A DNA stretch of 32,113 bases from an uncultured Candidatus Saccharibacteria bacterium (lineage in GTDB: Bacteria > Patescibacteriota > Minisyncoccia > Minisyncoccales > PEYH01). The notes below the pieces were generated by a model. The model worked only from the letters and a program-made list of their open reading frames with translations. It was not told where the DNA came from and ran no database searches. The stretch is from positions 1-32,113 of the forward strand of contig CAZWYU010000019.1 of assembly GCA_964638595.1 (NCBI GenBank), in the 5' to 3' direction. Positions 1 to 8,310 of this stretch are shown one piece after another. Positions within the stretch are counted from its first letter, which is position 1. Every line of letters starts with the position of its first letter. Made by a program: the position numbers and the translations under genes.

Positions 1-1
1 A

Positions 2-664
2 GAAACCTCCTCTTATTTAAAGAGATTCAAAGATAAATGTCTTGTTGTTCCTTTTGGCGTTGATTTTGATAAATTTGAGTCCTATCTAAACGAAGAAGAA
101 ATAGAGAAGAATAAAAAGCAGTACGGAGAATTTATTCTCTTCCTTGGACGTCTTAATTATTATAAAGGCCTAAGCTATTTAGTTGAGGCAGTTAAGGATT
201 TAGATATTAATTTAGTAATTGCCGGAGAAGGAGATGAAAAGAATGCCTTGATAGGGCAAGTTAAGAAATTAAAAATACAGGATAAAGTATGCTTTTTACC
301 TTTTCAGGAGAGAGAAAAAATTATTAATCTTTTTAAGGTAGCTAAAATTTTTGTTTTACCTTCTATTTTTAAAAGCGAGGCCTTTGGCATTGTTTTAATT
401 GAAGCCATGGCTTGTGGAACGCCTATTGTCTCTACTGAATTAGGCACAGGCACAAGTTGGGTTAATGAAGACGGCAGAACAGGATTTGTTGTTCCTTCAA
501 GAAACAGCCAAGCTCTGGCTTTGGCTGTTAAAAAAATAATAGAAAACAAAAAACTGGCTTTAGAAATGAGCCAGCAAGCAGAAAAAAGAGCTAGAGAAAG
601 GTTTTCTCTGGAAAAAATGCTTTTTAGGATTGAGAGTATTTATTTTTCTCTTTTAAGAAGTTAA
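2..664 (+). CDS. Glycosyltransferase family 1 (GT4-like), C-terminal part; the 5' end lies upstream of the window
   Basis: The frame is open from base 2 to the stop at 662-664, so the listed ORF 248..664 is only its tail. The translation contains SEAFGIVLIEAMACGTP, the E-x7-E region typical of retaining GT1/GT4 enzymes. Confidence 0.85.
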   Translation, partial: ETSSYLKRFKDKCLVVPFGVDFDKFESYLNEEEIEKNKKQYGEFILFLGRLNYYKGLSYLVEAVKDLDINLVIAGEGDEKNALIGQVKKLKIQDKVCFLPFQEREKIINLFKVAKIFVLPSIFKSEAFGIVLIEAMACGTPIVSTELGTGTSWVNEDGRTGFVVPSRNSQALALAVKKIIENKKLALEMSQQAEKRARERFSLEKMLFRIESIYFSLLRS

Positions 665-696
665 GAGCTTGACAAAAAATATATATTTCCGATAAT
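478..696. repeat. Direct repeat copy 1: 3' end of the GT gene plus a TTGACA/GATAAT promoter
   Basis: It aligns by eye with 2172-2379. I counted about 11 substitutions in the first ~135 nt. The coding tail is more diverged, and both copies end in TTGACA-N16/17-GATAAT. Confidence 0.8.
669..696 (+). promoter_or_regulatory. Sigma-70-type promoter (TTGACA-16 nt-GATAAT) upstream of abiEi
   Basis: TTGACA is at 669-674 and GATAAT at 691-696. Confidence 0.55.
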
Positions 697-720
697 AATA
701 AAAAAGCATTATTTTTGGAA

Positions 721-1341
721 ATGACCTTTAATGAACTAAAAAATAAAGCACTTAATTATCCCTTGTTTAAAGTAGAAGACGTTTTTAAATGGTTTCCAAA
801 AGCAAAAAGACAGACTACTTTAAATCAATTGAATTCTTGGGTTAAAAAGGGTTACTTGGAAAATATTCGCAGGAGCGTTTATAAGCTTAGCGATTTTGAT
901 ATTAAAGAACCTTTTATATTTGCAGGATTTATTTATAATCCTTCCTATATTAGTACCGAGACAGCACTTAATTATTACAGCATTATTCCGGATATACCAT
1001 TTGCCACTACCTCGGTTGCCACTCGAAAAACTAAAAATTTTAAGACAGAATACGGCAGTTTTTTATATAACCACATTAAGCCGGAACTTTTTTTTGGTTT
1101 TAAGAATATTTTGTCACATCAGCCGTATGGCTATAGCATTGCTATCCCTGAAAAGGCTCTTTTTGATTATCTCTATTTGCATTCAAAAGAGGTGAGTTCT
1201 GTTTCTGGATTTATAGAAGAAATGCGTTTTTCTTTTCCTAAGGATTTTGATTTTAAAAAGCTTGAGGAATGGTTAAAATTAATTCCTGAAAACAATAAAA
1301 AGTTTTATAAAATTATTGAATTTTTAACCAATGATAAATAA
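721..1341 (+). CDS. abiEi: AbiEi-family type IV toxin-antitoxin antitoxin (wHTH transcriptional regulator)
   Basis: The ORF track gives 715..1341 with a TTG start; the ATG at 721 is more likely. Its size (~206 aa), the KKGYLENIRRSVYKL motif (like the AbiEi l..G.l..l.rG.Y segment) and an 11-nt overlap with a downstream AbiEii gene support the call. Confidence 0.7.
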   Translation: MTFNELKNKALNYPLFKVEDVFKWFPKAKRQTTLNQLNSWVKKGYLENIRRSVYKLSDFDIKEPFIFAGFIYNPSYISTETALNYYSIIPDIPFATTSVATRKTKNFKTEYGSFLYNHIKPELFFGFKNILSHQPYGYSIAIPEKALFDYLYLHSKEVSSVSGFIEEMRFSFPKDFDFKKLEEWLKLIPENNKKFYKIIEFLTNDK

Positions 1342-2146
1342 ATATTTATTTGAAAATCTTAAAAACGAAGCTTGGAGATGGCAAATTCCAGAAGCTAAAA
1401 ATAGGGCTCTTATTAGAGAATATTTACAGGCAAAAATTATTTATTATTTATATGAAGAATCCCAAGCTCGACATTTGTCTTTTATGGGAGGAACTAGCTT
1501 GCGTCTTCTAAAAAATCTTGATAGATTTTCCGAGGATTTAGATTTTGATAATTTAGGACTGAAGTTTAGGCAAATAAATGCTTTGTTTTTGAGAGTGCAA
1601 GAAAAATTAAAACAAGAAGGAATAGAATCAATTTATCAGATGAAAAAAACTGATCATTCTGGTATAGGGTCTTTTAAATTTGAAAAATTGCTTTTTGATT
1701 TGGAAATTAGTTCTCATAAAGAAGAGAAATTGGTAATAAAAATTAACCACACGACTCCTAAAATAAAACCGATTATAGAAAACATTGTATTTACTAGGTT
1801 TGGTATTGTTCAAAATGTAGTTACCAACACTCAAGAATTTGTTTTATCTCAAAAAATGAGGGCTGTTTTAACGAGGAAAGAAATTCAACCGCGTGATTTT
1901 TATGATATTGTTTGGCTTGTAAGCCGTAATATTACTCCAGATGAGAATCTTTTTCCAGAAATGAGCGTTCAAGATAAAAAGGAATTATTTCTGAAGTTAA
2001 AAAAAATATACCTTAACAAATTGAAACCTAATATAATAAGATACAAAAAAAGACTATCTCCTTTTCTAATAAACGAGAAAGAGGTAAATTATATTGATAG
2101 TTTTGTGGAAGTATTAGAAAATAATTTATTAGAGAAGACCCTATAA
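1331..2146 (+). CDS. abiEii: AbiEii/AbiGii-family nucleotidyltransferase toxin (DUF1814)
   Basis: It carries the FMGGTSLRLL and RFSEDLDFD motifs, the signatures of the Pol-beta-fold NTase of the AbiEii family. It overlaps the upstream antitoxin gene. Confidence 0.8.
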   Translation: MINKYLFENLKNEAWRWQIPEAKNRALIREYLQAKIIYYLYEESQARHLSFMGGTSLRLLKNLDRFSEDLDFDNLGLKFRQINALFLRVQEKLKQEGIESIYQMKKTDHSGIGSFKFEKLLFDLEISSHKEEKLVIKINHTTPKIKPIIENIVFTRFGIVQNVVTNTQEFVLSQKMRAVLTRKEIQPRDFYDIVWLVSRNITPDENLFPEMSVQDKKELFLKLKKIYLNKLKPNIIRYKKRLSPFLINEKEVNYIDSFVEVLENNLLEKTL

Positions 2147-2172
2147 TTTTTATAAGTTTAGTTTCTTAAAAA

Positions 2173-2349
2173 ACAGGATTTGTTGTTCCTCCAAAAGACA
2201 GCCAAGCTCTGGCTTTAGCTGTTAAAAAAATAATAGAAAATGAAAAACTGGCTTTAGAAATGAGCCAGCAGGCAAAAAAGAGAGCTAGAGAAAATTTTTC
2301 TCTGGAAAAAATGTTTAACAAAGTAGTTTTAATTTATTTTAATAGTTAA
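2173..2349 (+). pseudogene. Orphan 3' fragment of a GT1 glycosyltransferase gene (last 58 codons plus stop)
   Basis: It translates in frame as TGFVVPPKDSQALALAVKKIIENEKLALEMSQQAKKRARENFSLEKMFNKVVLIYFNS*. This parallels residues encoded at 479-664. There is no start codon or N-terminal domain. Confidence 0.75.
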
Positions 2350-2350
2350 G

Positions 2351-2379
2351 TTGACAGAGTATAGATTATTTTAGATAAT
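2351..2379 (+). promoter_or_regulatory. Sigma-70-type promoter (TTGACA-17 nt-GATAAT) placed 8 nt before the ATG at 2388
   Basis: TTGACA is at 2351-2356, GATAAT at 2374-2379 and the ATG at 2388. This predicts a leaderless or near-leaderless transcript. Confidence 0.6.
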
Positions 2380-2387
2380 TATAGTTG

Positions 2388-2690
2388 ATGACCACAAAAA
2401 CTAGAAAAACAGAAGAAAAAATCAAAGATATTATTTTTCGATTTTTAGACTCTAAGGAGTATGAAGTTTTTATTTTTGGCTCAAGAGTTAAAGGAAAGGC
2501 AAAAAAATATAGTGATTATGATATTGGTATTAAAGGGAAAAAAGCAGTTCCCGGATATATTTTAACAATGATTGAGGAGGCCTTAGAGGAATCTGATTTA
2601 CCCTATAAGGTAGATATAGTGGATTTTTCATTGGTTTCTCCAGAGTTTAGCCAAATAGCTTTATCAAAAATTAAAAAATTATCAATATAA
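2388..2690 (+). CDS. Minimal nucleotidyltransferase (MNT) antitoxin of an MNT/HEPN pair (HI0073-like)
   Basis: It contains the FGSRVKGKAKKYSDYDIGI motif (G-S...D-x-D). It is ~100 aa long. Its stop shares one base with the next start (TAATG). The ORF track start is TTG at 2385. Confidence 0.8.
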   Translation: MTTKTRKTEEKIKDIIFRFLDSKEYEVFIFGSRVKGKAKKYSDYDIGIKGKKAVPGYILTMIEEALEESDLPYKVDIVDFSLVSPEFSQIALSKIKKLSI

Positions 2691-3061
2691 TGACCCAATT
2701 AGATAATTTAATTAAAAATCTTAATAAAGCGAATAAAAGATTGAAAGAAGCAGTTAAAGCTAATCCTACGAGCATGAACAAGGATGCCACTATACAAAGG
2801 TTTGAATTTACTTTTGAACTGGCTTGGAAAACCCTCCAAGCTTATATCAGAGACCAGGGTTTTGATTGCAAGAGTCCAAAAAATTGTATTAGAGAGGGGG
2901 CAAGATTAGAGGTTATTAAAGAGCCGGAAGAATGGTTTAGTTATTTAAATTCTAGGAATCTTATTACTCATACCTATAATGAAAAAATGGCTGATGAAAT
3001 CTACGGCCAAGCGTTAGAATTTCCTCAAGAAGTAGACAGTCTATTAAAAAAAGTTTCCTGA
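2690..3061 (+). CDS. HEPN-domain toxin (nucleotidyltransferase substrate-binding protein, HI0074 family)
   Basis: It has the IQRFEFTFELAWKTLQAYI segment and an R-x4-H motif (RNLITH). It is paired with the upstream MNT gene. Confidence 0.8.
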   Translation: MTQLDNLIKNLNKANKRLKEAVKANPTSMNKDATIQRFEFTFELAWKTLQAYIRDQGFDCKSPKNCIREGARLEVIKEPEEWFSYLNSRNLITHTYNEKMADEIYGQALEFPQEVDSLLKKVS

Positions 3062-3062
3062 T

Positions 3063-4382
3063 TTAACTTTTTTTGAAAATAAAAGGGATTGTTCTCAACA
3101 GAATTATTAGGTCTAAAAATAAAGACCTGTTTTTTATGTAATAAAGATCATATTGAAACTTCTCAAAGCTGTCCTCAATAGAACGAGCGTATCTAAATCT
3201 TATGAAGGCCCAGCCAGTAAATCCTGGCTTAATTAAATGGCGGAGATGGTAATGGGGGATTTGCTTTTCTAGTTGTTCTACAAATATGGGTCTTTCTGGC
3301 CTGGGTCCAATTAAGGAAATATCTCCTTTAATGATATTTATCATCTGTGGCAATTCATCAAGATGTATTTTTCTTAATATTTTTCCTATTCTAGTAACCC
3401 TGTTGTCTTTTTTTTCTGCCCAGACCGGGCCGTTTTTTTCTGCTTCTTTATGCATAGAACGGAATTTAAAGAGTAGAAAAGTTTTTCTATTTTTGCCAAC
3501 CCTTTCTTGTTTGTAAAAGATTGGTCCCTTACTGTCTAGCTTAATTAATATAGCAAAGATGAGCCAAAGAGGAAGAGAGAATAAAAAAATAATTGAGGCT
3601 AGTATTAAATCTGTAATTCTTTTCATCTTATCATAGAGGTCTTTCTTTCCTTCTTGGAGATTTTCTAAGAACCAAAGGTAGTCTAAAAAATCAATAGGCA
3701 GTTTTCTAAAAGTGATTTCATAGGCTTTAGCCACATCAATTATATTTATTTTGTATTTTAAGCATTGATAAATAATTTTTCTGGCTTCACTCTGTGAAAC
3801 AAGGTATTTATTAGCTACTATTAAGGTATTTACTTTATTTTGTTTTATTTTTTCAGGCAAAGTCGCAATATTTTCTTCAGCAATAATTTCAACCAGCTTG
3901 TATCCTAGATGAGGTTGATTTTTAAAAGCCAAGACTAAATTATTAGTAACTTCGTTGAAACCGATTATAGCAATTCTTTTTTTGAAAAAAGAAGTAAAGA
4001 GTTTTAAGAATGCTTTTCTCCAAAAAAAGAGTGAAAACATTAAAAGAATAACTAATATTAAAAGATTAGTTTTTGGACTAATACTTGGTATTGTATAAAA
4101 GAAAATAACAGCTACAATAAAAGAAATTACAAGTGCCAGTATTATTCTAATAGCAAAAGAGATTCCAATTTGCAAAAGATCAAGCTCATATAAATCAAAA
4201 AGAAAGAAGATAAAAATCCAAATTAAGTAGATAAAAGAGAAGGGAATTAAGTGTTTTACAAGATTTTCTTCAGATAAATTTTGACCAAATCTTAAAAATA
4301 AGGTTATAATCAAACAAAGATATAACAATATTATATCGCCTGTAAGAAGAATTACTTTTCTAAAGCTTAATCTATTAAACAT
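3063..4382 (-). CDS. Polyprenyl-phosphate glycosyl-1-phosphate transferase (bacterial sugar transferase, WbaP/EpsB-like)
   Basis: The N-terminus has multiple TM segments. The C-terminal domain carries DELPQMINIIKGDISLIGPRPERP, as in the Bac_transf family. Confidence 0.85.
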   Translation of the reverse strand: MFNRLSFRKVILLTGDIILLYLCLIITLFLRFGQNLSEENLVKHLIPFSFIYLIWIFIFFLFDLYELDLLQIGISFAIRIILALVISFIVAVIFFYTIPSISPKTNLLILVILLMFSLFFWRKAFLKLFTSFFKKRIAIIGFNEVTNNLVLAFKNQPHLGYKLVEIIAEENIATLPEKIKQNKVNTLIVANKYLVSQSEARKIIYQCLKYKINIIDVAKAYEITFRKLPIDFLDYLWFLENLQEGKKDLYDKMKRITDLILASIIFLFSLPLWLIFAILIKLDSKGPIFYKQERVGKNRKTFLLFKFRSMHKEAEKNGPVWAEKKDNRVTRIGKILRKIHLDELPQMINIIKGDISLIGPRPERPIFVEQLEKQIPHYHLRHLIKPGFTGWAFIRFRYARSIEDSFEKFQYDLYYIKNRSLFLDLIILLRTIPFIFKKS

Positions 4383-4402
4383 TAATTCATTTTAATCATT
4401 TT

Positions 4403-6475
4403 ATGGGTAAAAAAGCAAGATTAAAAAGGGAGAGGGAAAAAAGCAAAGAAATTAGAAAAAAGAAAGACACAATTTCTAATACCTCTATAGACAATATTCT
4501 GCTCTTCATTATACATGGTGCCACTTATCTTCTTTTACTAATTCCAGCAATAGTTGGCACTCATTATTTTTTTCCTTATGTTGGACCAAAAGGCCTTTAT
4601 TTGATGACTTTTATTGAAATTATCTTTTTTGCTTGGTTAATCCTGGCTTATTTGAATCCAAAATATAGGCCTAAAAAAAACATAGTGGTCAAGACGTTGA
4701 GTCTTTATTTATCAATTTTGGTATTTGCTACAATTTTGGGTATTGACCCTTTGCGGAGTTTTTGGTCTAAATTTGAAAGAATGTCTGGAACTTTGATTTG
4801 GCTTCATTTGTTTGGTTTTTTTATTGTAAGTATTTCTGTATTTAAAAAAAGAGATTGGCAGAGATTTTTTTTAGCATCTTTAGCCGTGGCTCTATTTGTC
4901 TGTCTTGCCTTTTTTTCTGGAGACAATAGCACTTTAACCTCTAAAGGGGGTTCTACGCTAGGCAATAGCTCTTTTTTAGCTACCTATCTTCTCTTTAATA
5001 TTTATTTTGCCCTTTATTTGATTGCTGTTTTTTATGAGGAGGTAAAAAAGAAAATGGAAAGAAAAGAAGACCTTATTTATTCTTTAATTAAAATTGTTTT
5101 TTCAGTTCTTATATTGGTTTTTATGTTTTTGGTGCTTTCTTTAAGCAGTGGTGATGCAGCTTTTGCTACTTGTTTGGGTGGCTTTGGCTTAATTTTACTT
5201 TTTTGGGGAGCCTTTAGAATAAAAAAACCTCTATTAAAAAAAATTGGCAAAATAGCATTGTTTATTGGATTAATCGGTTATATCGCTTCAGTTAGCTTAT
5301 TATTGATTCCGGGTAGTTTAATGCAGGATTTTTATCTTAATTTTAGGAGTGAAGCTCGTCCTATTGTTTGGCAAATAGCTTGGGAGGGATTTAAAGAAAA
5401 GCCAATTTTTGGCTGGGGTCCACAAAATTTTGGCATTGTTTTTGAAAAGAATTTTGATCCTTGGTTGAAATTTCACAATAAACCTCGCTTTGACCAAGCT
5501 CATAATATTGTAATGGACACTTTAGTAGATGTTGGCATTTTAGGTTTCTTGACTTATTTATCTCTTTTTGGTTCGGTTTTTTGGGTTTTATGGAAAAAAG
5601 CCTCTAAATCAAGAGTTAATTTTTTTGCAGCGGCTATTTTTACTTCTCTCCTAATTGGTCATTTTACCCAAAACCTTGTTGTTTTTGATATGCCTGCCAG
5701 TTATTTAATGCTTTTTATGGTTTTGGGTTTTGCCGGTTCGGTGGCTCAAGGGCAAACCTCTGAAAAAGCAGTTGCCAAGAAATTTTCTCCTCTTATAACA
5801 ATTGTTGCTGTTTTGTTGTTTGTGTTATCTTTTAACTATTTTGTTTACAAACCGTCAATAAGTGGGAAGGGGATTATAAAAGTTCTTGTATCCCAGAGTT
5901 ATGAACAAAGAATGGGATTTTATGAAGAAACTCTTCATACTTCACCCCTAGGCCTTTACCAGCTTAGATATCATTTAAATAATAATCTTTTAAAAAAGGC
6001 TCAAAAAGGAGATGCAAATTTAGAAGAGGTCAATTTTATGATTCAAGAATTAGAGAAAAGCCTCCAAACTTCATCTTTGGATTATGATAGTAAGCTTTCT
6101 TTAGCAGAAATTTATAATGCTCAAGCCATTCTCTTTAAACAGGGCAATTTGAACAGAGCAGAGGAGATTTTGAATCAAGCCATAGAATTTAGCCCAAAGA
6201 AACAAGATGCTTACTGGGAAATGGCTAAAACTCAATCTATGTTAGGTAAAGAAGATGAGGCTTTGTCTTATGCAGAAAAAGCCGTTGCCATAGATCCTCA
6301 ATTAGCTCAATCACATATTTTCTATATCAATGCTTTGACTGTTTATGGGAAAAATGATTTAGCAGAAGAAAAAGCAAGAGAAGCTTTAGAAGTTGTTCCA
6401 GAAGAGCAGATCAAAAAGATGGAACCCAGTTTTGAAAAAACATTAGAAGATATGCTTGATGGTGTTGATTTATAA
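4403..6475 (+). CDS. O-antigen ligase/polymerase-like (Wzy_C) polytopic membrane protein with C-terminal TPR repeats
   Basis: It has many TM segments and the FGWGPQNF...DQAHNIVMDTLVDVGILGF segment typical of the O-antigen ligase family. The C-terminus has TPR-like repeats (AIEFSPKKQDAYWEMA..., AVAIDPQLAQSH...). Confidence 0.75.
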   Translation: MGKKARLKREREKSKEIRKKKDTISNTSIDNILLFIIHGATYLLLLIPAIVGTHYFFPYVGPKGLYLMTFIEIIFFAWLILAYLNPKYRPKKNIVVKTLSLYLSILVFATILGIDPLRSFWSKFERMSGTLIWLHLFGFFIVSISVFKKRDWQRFFLASLAVALFVCLAFFSGDNSTLTSKGGSTLGNSSFLATYLLFNIYFALYLIAVFYEEVKKKMERKEDLIYSLIKIVFSVLILVFMFLVLSLSSGDAAFATCLGGFGLILLFWGAFRIKKPLLKKIGKIALFIGLIGYIASVSLLLIPGSLMQDFYLNFRSEARPIVWQIAWEGFKEKPIFGWGPQNFGIVFEKNFDPWLKFHNKPRFDQAHNIVMDTLVDVGILGFLTYLSLFGSVFWVLWKKASKSRVNFFAAAIFTSLLIGHFTQNLVVFDMPASYLMLFMVLGFAGSVAQGQTSEKAVAKKFSPLITIVAVLLFVLSFNYFVYKPSISGKGIIKVLVSQSYEQRMGFYEETLHTSPLGLYQLRYHLNNNLLKKAQKGDANLEEVNFMIQELEKSLQTSSLDYDSKLSLAEIYNAQAILFKQGNLNRAEEILNQAIEFSPKKQDAYWEMAKTQSMLGKEDEALSYAEKAVAIDPQLAQSHIFYINALTVYGKNDLAEEKAREALEVVPEEQIKKMEPSFEKTLEDMLDGVDL

Positions 6476-6560
6476 GTCTGTTTATGTTTTTTTAGTTTAA
6501 AATGTTTTTTTTGTTCTTTGTCTGAAGGTGTACAAAAAAATGTAAAAGAGAACGCAGGGG

Positions 6561-6589
6561 TTGACAGTTTTTTATTTCTCTGATAAGAT
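6561..6589 (+). promoter_or_regulatory. Strong sigma-70-type promoter with an extended -10 (TTGACA-17 nt-TGaTAAGAT)
   Basis: TTGACA is at 6561-6566, TG at 6581-6582 and TAAGAT at 6584-6589. Confidence 0.55.
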
Positions 6590-6595
6590 ACCATA

Positions 6596-6670
6596 ATTAG
6601 TGAGCTATCCAAGCTTTGCTTGGAACTCCATAAATCGGCGAAAATCTCCCTTGTGGAGATTTTTGCTTTT
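6596..6670 (+). ncRNA. Candidate ~75-nt small transcript of unknown function, lying between a promoter and an intrinsic terminator
   Basis: The promoter at 6561-6589 is followed by a hairpin CCAAGC-TTTG-CTTGG and then the terminator at 6641-6670. There is no ATG-initiated ORF inside. Confidence 0.3.
6641..6670 (+). terminator. Rho-independent terminator
   Basis: A 9-bp stem AAAATCTCC/GGAGATTTT with loop CTTGT is followed by a T-rich tail. Confidence 0.6.
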
Positions 6671-6741
6671 ATCTTTCCAACTTTTAATCAAAAATTGAGA
6701 GGGTAGTCTTGCAACATTTCTAATATTTGTTATTATAAAAC

Positions 6742-6850
6742 TGGGTCTCCGCGCTGCACTCGCTAATTAGATTTATCGGAGTTAAACGGCGGGGACCCAT
6801 TAGGAAACAATTTTGTTCCGATGCTCGGCTTAAGAAACCTCTCGATTTCT
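6742..6850 (+). promoter_or_regulatory. Structured 5' leader of murB; possible c-di-AMP (ydaO-yuaA-like) riboswitch or another cis-regulator
   Basis: A promoter-like TTGCAA (6709-6714) and TATTATAAA (~6731-6739) precede it. GGGTCTCCGC (6743-6752) is complementary to GCGGGGACCC (6789-6798). The strings CGCTAAT...GGAG...CGGCGGGGACCCA and CCGA..CTCGGCT.AA...ACCTC resemble conserved ydaO segments as I recall them from B. subtilis. The element looks shorter than canonical. Confidence 0.3.
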
Positions 6851-6912
6851 TGTATCACTTACTTTATTCGCTCCTATTTTTCTCATTATAAAGCTCTGTT
6901 AAATTTTTAATT

Positions 6913-7866
6913 ATGCAGGATATTAAAAAATCATTGCCTGATATTTTAGAAAATGTAGTTTTGTCTGATTATTCAACTTTTCAGATTGGTGGTTTGGCAA
7001 AATATTTAGTCAAGGTTAAAACAGAAAAAGCTTTAATAAAATCGGTTAATATAGCAGATGAAAATAATCTGCCTTTTTTTATTTTAGGTGGCGGAAGCAA
7101 TGTTTTATTTTCAGACGAAGGATACAAAGGCCTAATAATTAAATTACAAAACAGAAAAATAGAATTTAAAAATTCTACAGTAATGGCCGAAACCGGTCTT
7201 TTGCTTTCAGATTTAATTAAGGAAACTGCTATTAGGGGCTTAAAGGGTCTTGAGTGGGCTGCAGGTATCTATGGAACAGTAGGCGGAGCTATTAGAGGAA
7301 ATGCCGGTTCATTCAATGGTTCTATGTCTGACTTAGTAAAAGAAGTAGAGGTTTATGATAGAAAACAAAAAGAGAAAAAATATTTTTTGAATAAAGATTG
7401 TCAATTTGACTATCGAGACAGTATTTTTAAAAAAAACAAAGATTTAATTATTATAAGAACGAAGTTACAATTTAAAAAAGCAAGTAAAAATTTAATAGAA
7501 AAAAAAATTCAAGAAAATATAGAACGAAAGAAAGAAATTCAACCTCTAAATTATCCTTCTATTGGCTCTATTTTTAAGAATTACCAAGTGCAAAAAAAAG
7601 ATAGAAGTTTAGCAAAAAACTTTCCTGAATTTAAAAATTTTATTTCTAAAGGATTTATTCCGGCAGGTTTTTTAATAGAAGAGGTTGGCTTAAAGGGAAA
7701 AAGAATAGGAGGGGCCACTTTTTCAAATAAACATGCTAATTTTATAGTCAATTTAGGCAAGGCTAAAAGCCAAGAAGTTAAACGTTTAATTAAAATAGCC
7801 AAAGAAAGGGTTGGGTCTCTTTTTGGTATAATGCTGGAAGAAGAGGTTGTTATAATGAAAAATTAA
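6913..7866 (+). CDS. murB: UDP-N-acetylenolpyruvoylglucosamine reductase
   Basis: It has the FAD-binding N-terminus FQIGGLAKYL...ILGGGSNVLFSD, plus YRDSIFK and GSIFKN motifs. It is 317 aa long. Confidence 0.9.
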   Translation: MQDIKKSLPDILENVVLSDYSTFQIGGLAKYLVKVKTEKALIKSVNIADENNLPFFILGGGSNVLFSDEGYKGLIIKLQNRKIEFKNSTVMAETGLLLSDLIKETAIRGLKGLEWAAGIYGTVGGAIRGNAGSFNGSMSDLVKEVEVYDRKQKEKKYFLNKDCQFDYRDSIFKKNKDLIIIRTKLQFKKASKNLIEKKIQENIERKKEIQPLNYPSIGSIFKNYQVQKKDRSLAKNFPEFKNFISKGFIPAGFLIEEVGLKGKRIGGATFSNKHANFIVNLGKAKSQEVKRLIKIAKERVGSLFGIMLEEEVVIMKN

Positions 7867-7890
7867 AATCATTCTTAATTTAAAATCAAA

Positions 7891-8295
7891 ATGAATATAA
7901 AAATAAGAACAAAAAATATTTCTCTTAATGAATCTTTGGATGCTTGGGTCCGTGAAAAAGTGAATGAATTAAAAAAATTTTTAGGTAAATTTAAAAATGA
8001 AAATGAAGTTGAAAGTGGTCGAGATAAAATAAAAATAGAAGTGGAAATTGGAAAAATTAGCAAACACCACAAAAAGGGAGAAGTTTTTAGAGCCGAATTG
8101 CAACTATTTCTACCCAGAAAGAAATTAAGGGCTGTAGTTAAAAACATTGATTTAAGAACTGCCATTATTGAAGCTCGAGACCAATTAGGCAGAGAAATAA
8201 AAAGATATAAAGGCAAGAGATTAGATAGAGCCAGAAAATGGGCCAGAAGAGTCAAAGAGAGAATAAGAACTCCTAGATTTATGAGAAAAAAATAA
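7891..8295 (+). CDS. hpf: Ribosome hibernation-promoting factor / RaiA (YfiA) family protein with a basic C-terminal tail
   Basis: MNIKIRTKNISLNESLDAWVREKVNELKKF ... FRAELQLFLPRKKLRAVVKNIDLRTAIIEARDQLGREIKRYK fits the S30AE/HPF pattern. Confidence 0.8.
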   Translation: MNIKIRTKNISLNESLDAWVREKVNELKKFLGKFKNENEVESGRDKIKIEVEIGKISKHHKKGEVFRAELQLFLPRKKLRAVVKNIDLRTAIIEARDQLGREIKRYKGKRLDRARKWARRVKERIRTPRFMRKK

Positions 8296-8310
8296 TTTAT
8301 TGTAATCAGT

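Larger units (their letters stand above)
2172..2379. repeat. Direct repeat copy 2: orphan GT 3' end plus a TTGACA/GATAAT promoter
   Basis: See copy 1. No similarity extends upstream of 2172 or 478. Confidence 0.8.

Noticed and set aside
6596-6912. SRP RNA, 6S RNA or a T-box as the identity of the structured RNAs upstream of murB
   Set aside because: I could not find the SRP domain IV motif (GGAA tetraloop with flanking AGCA/GGUCC blocks), a T-box specifier/T-box sequence, or a 6S-like long bulged helix.
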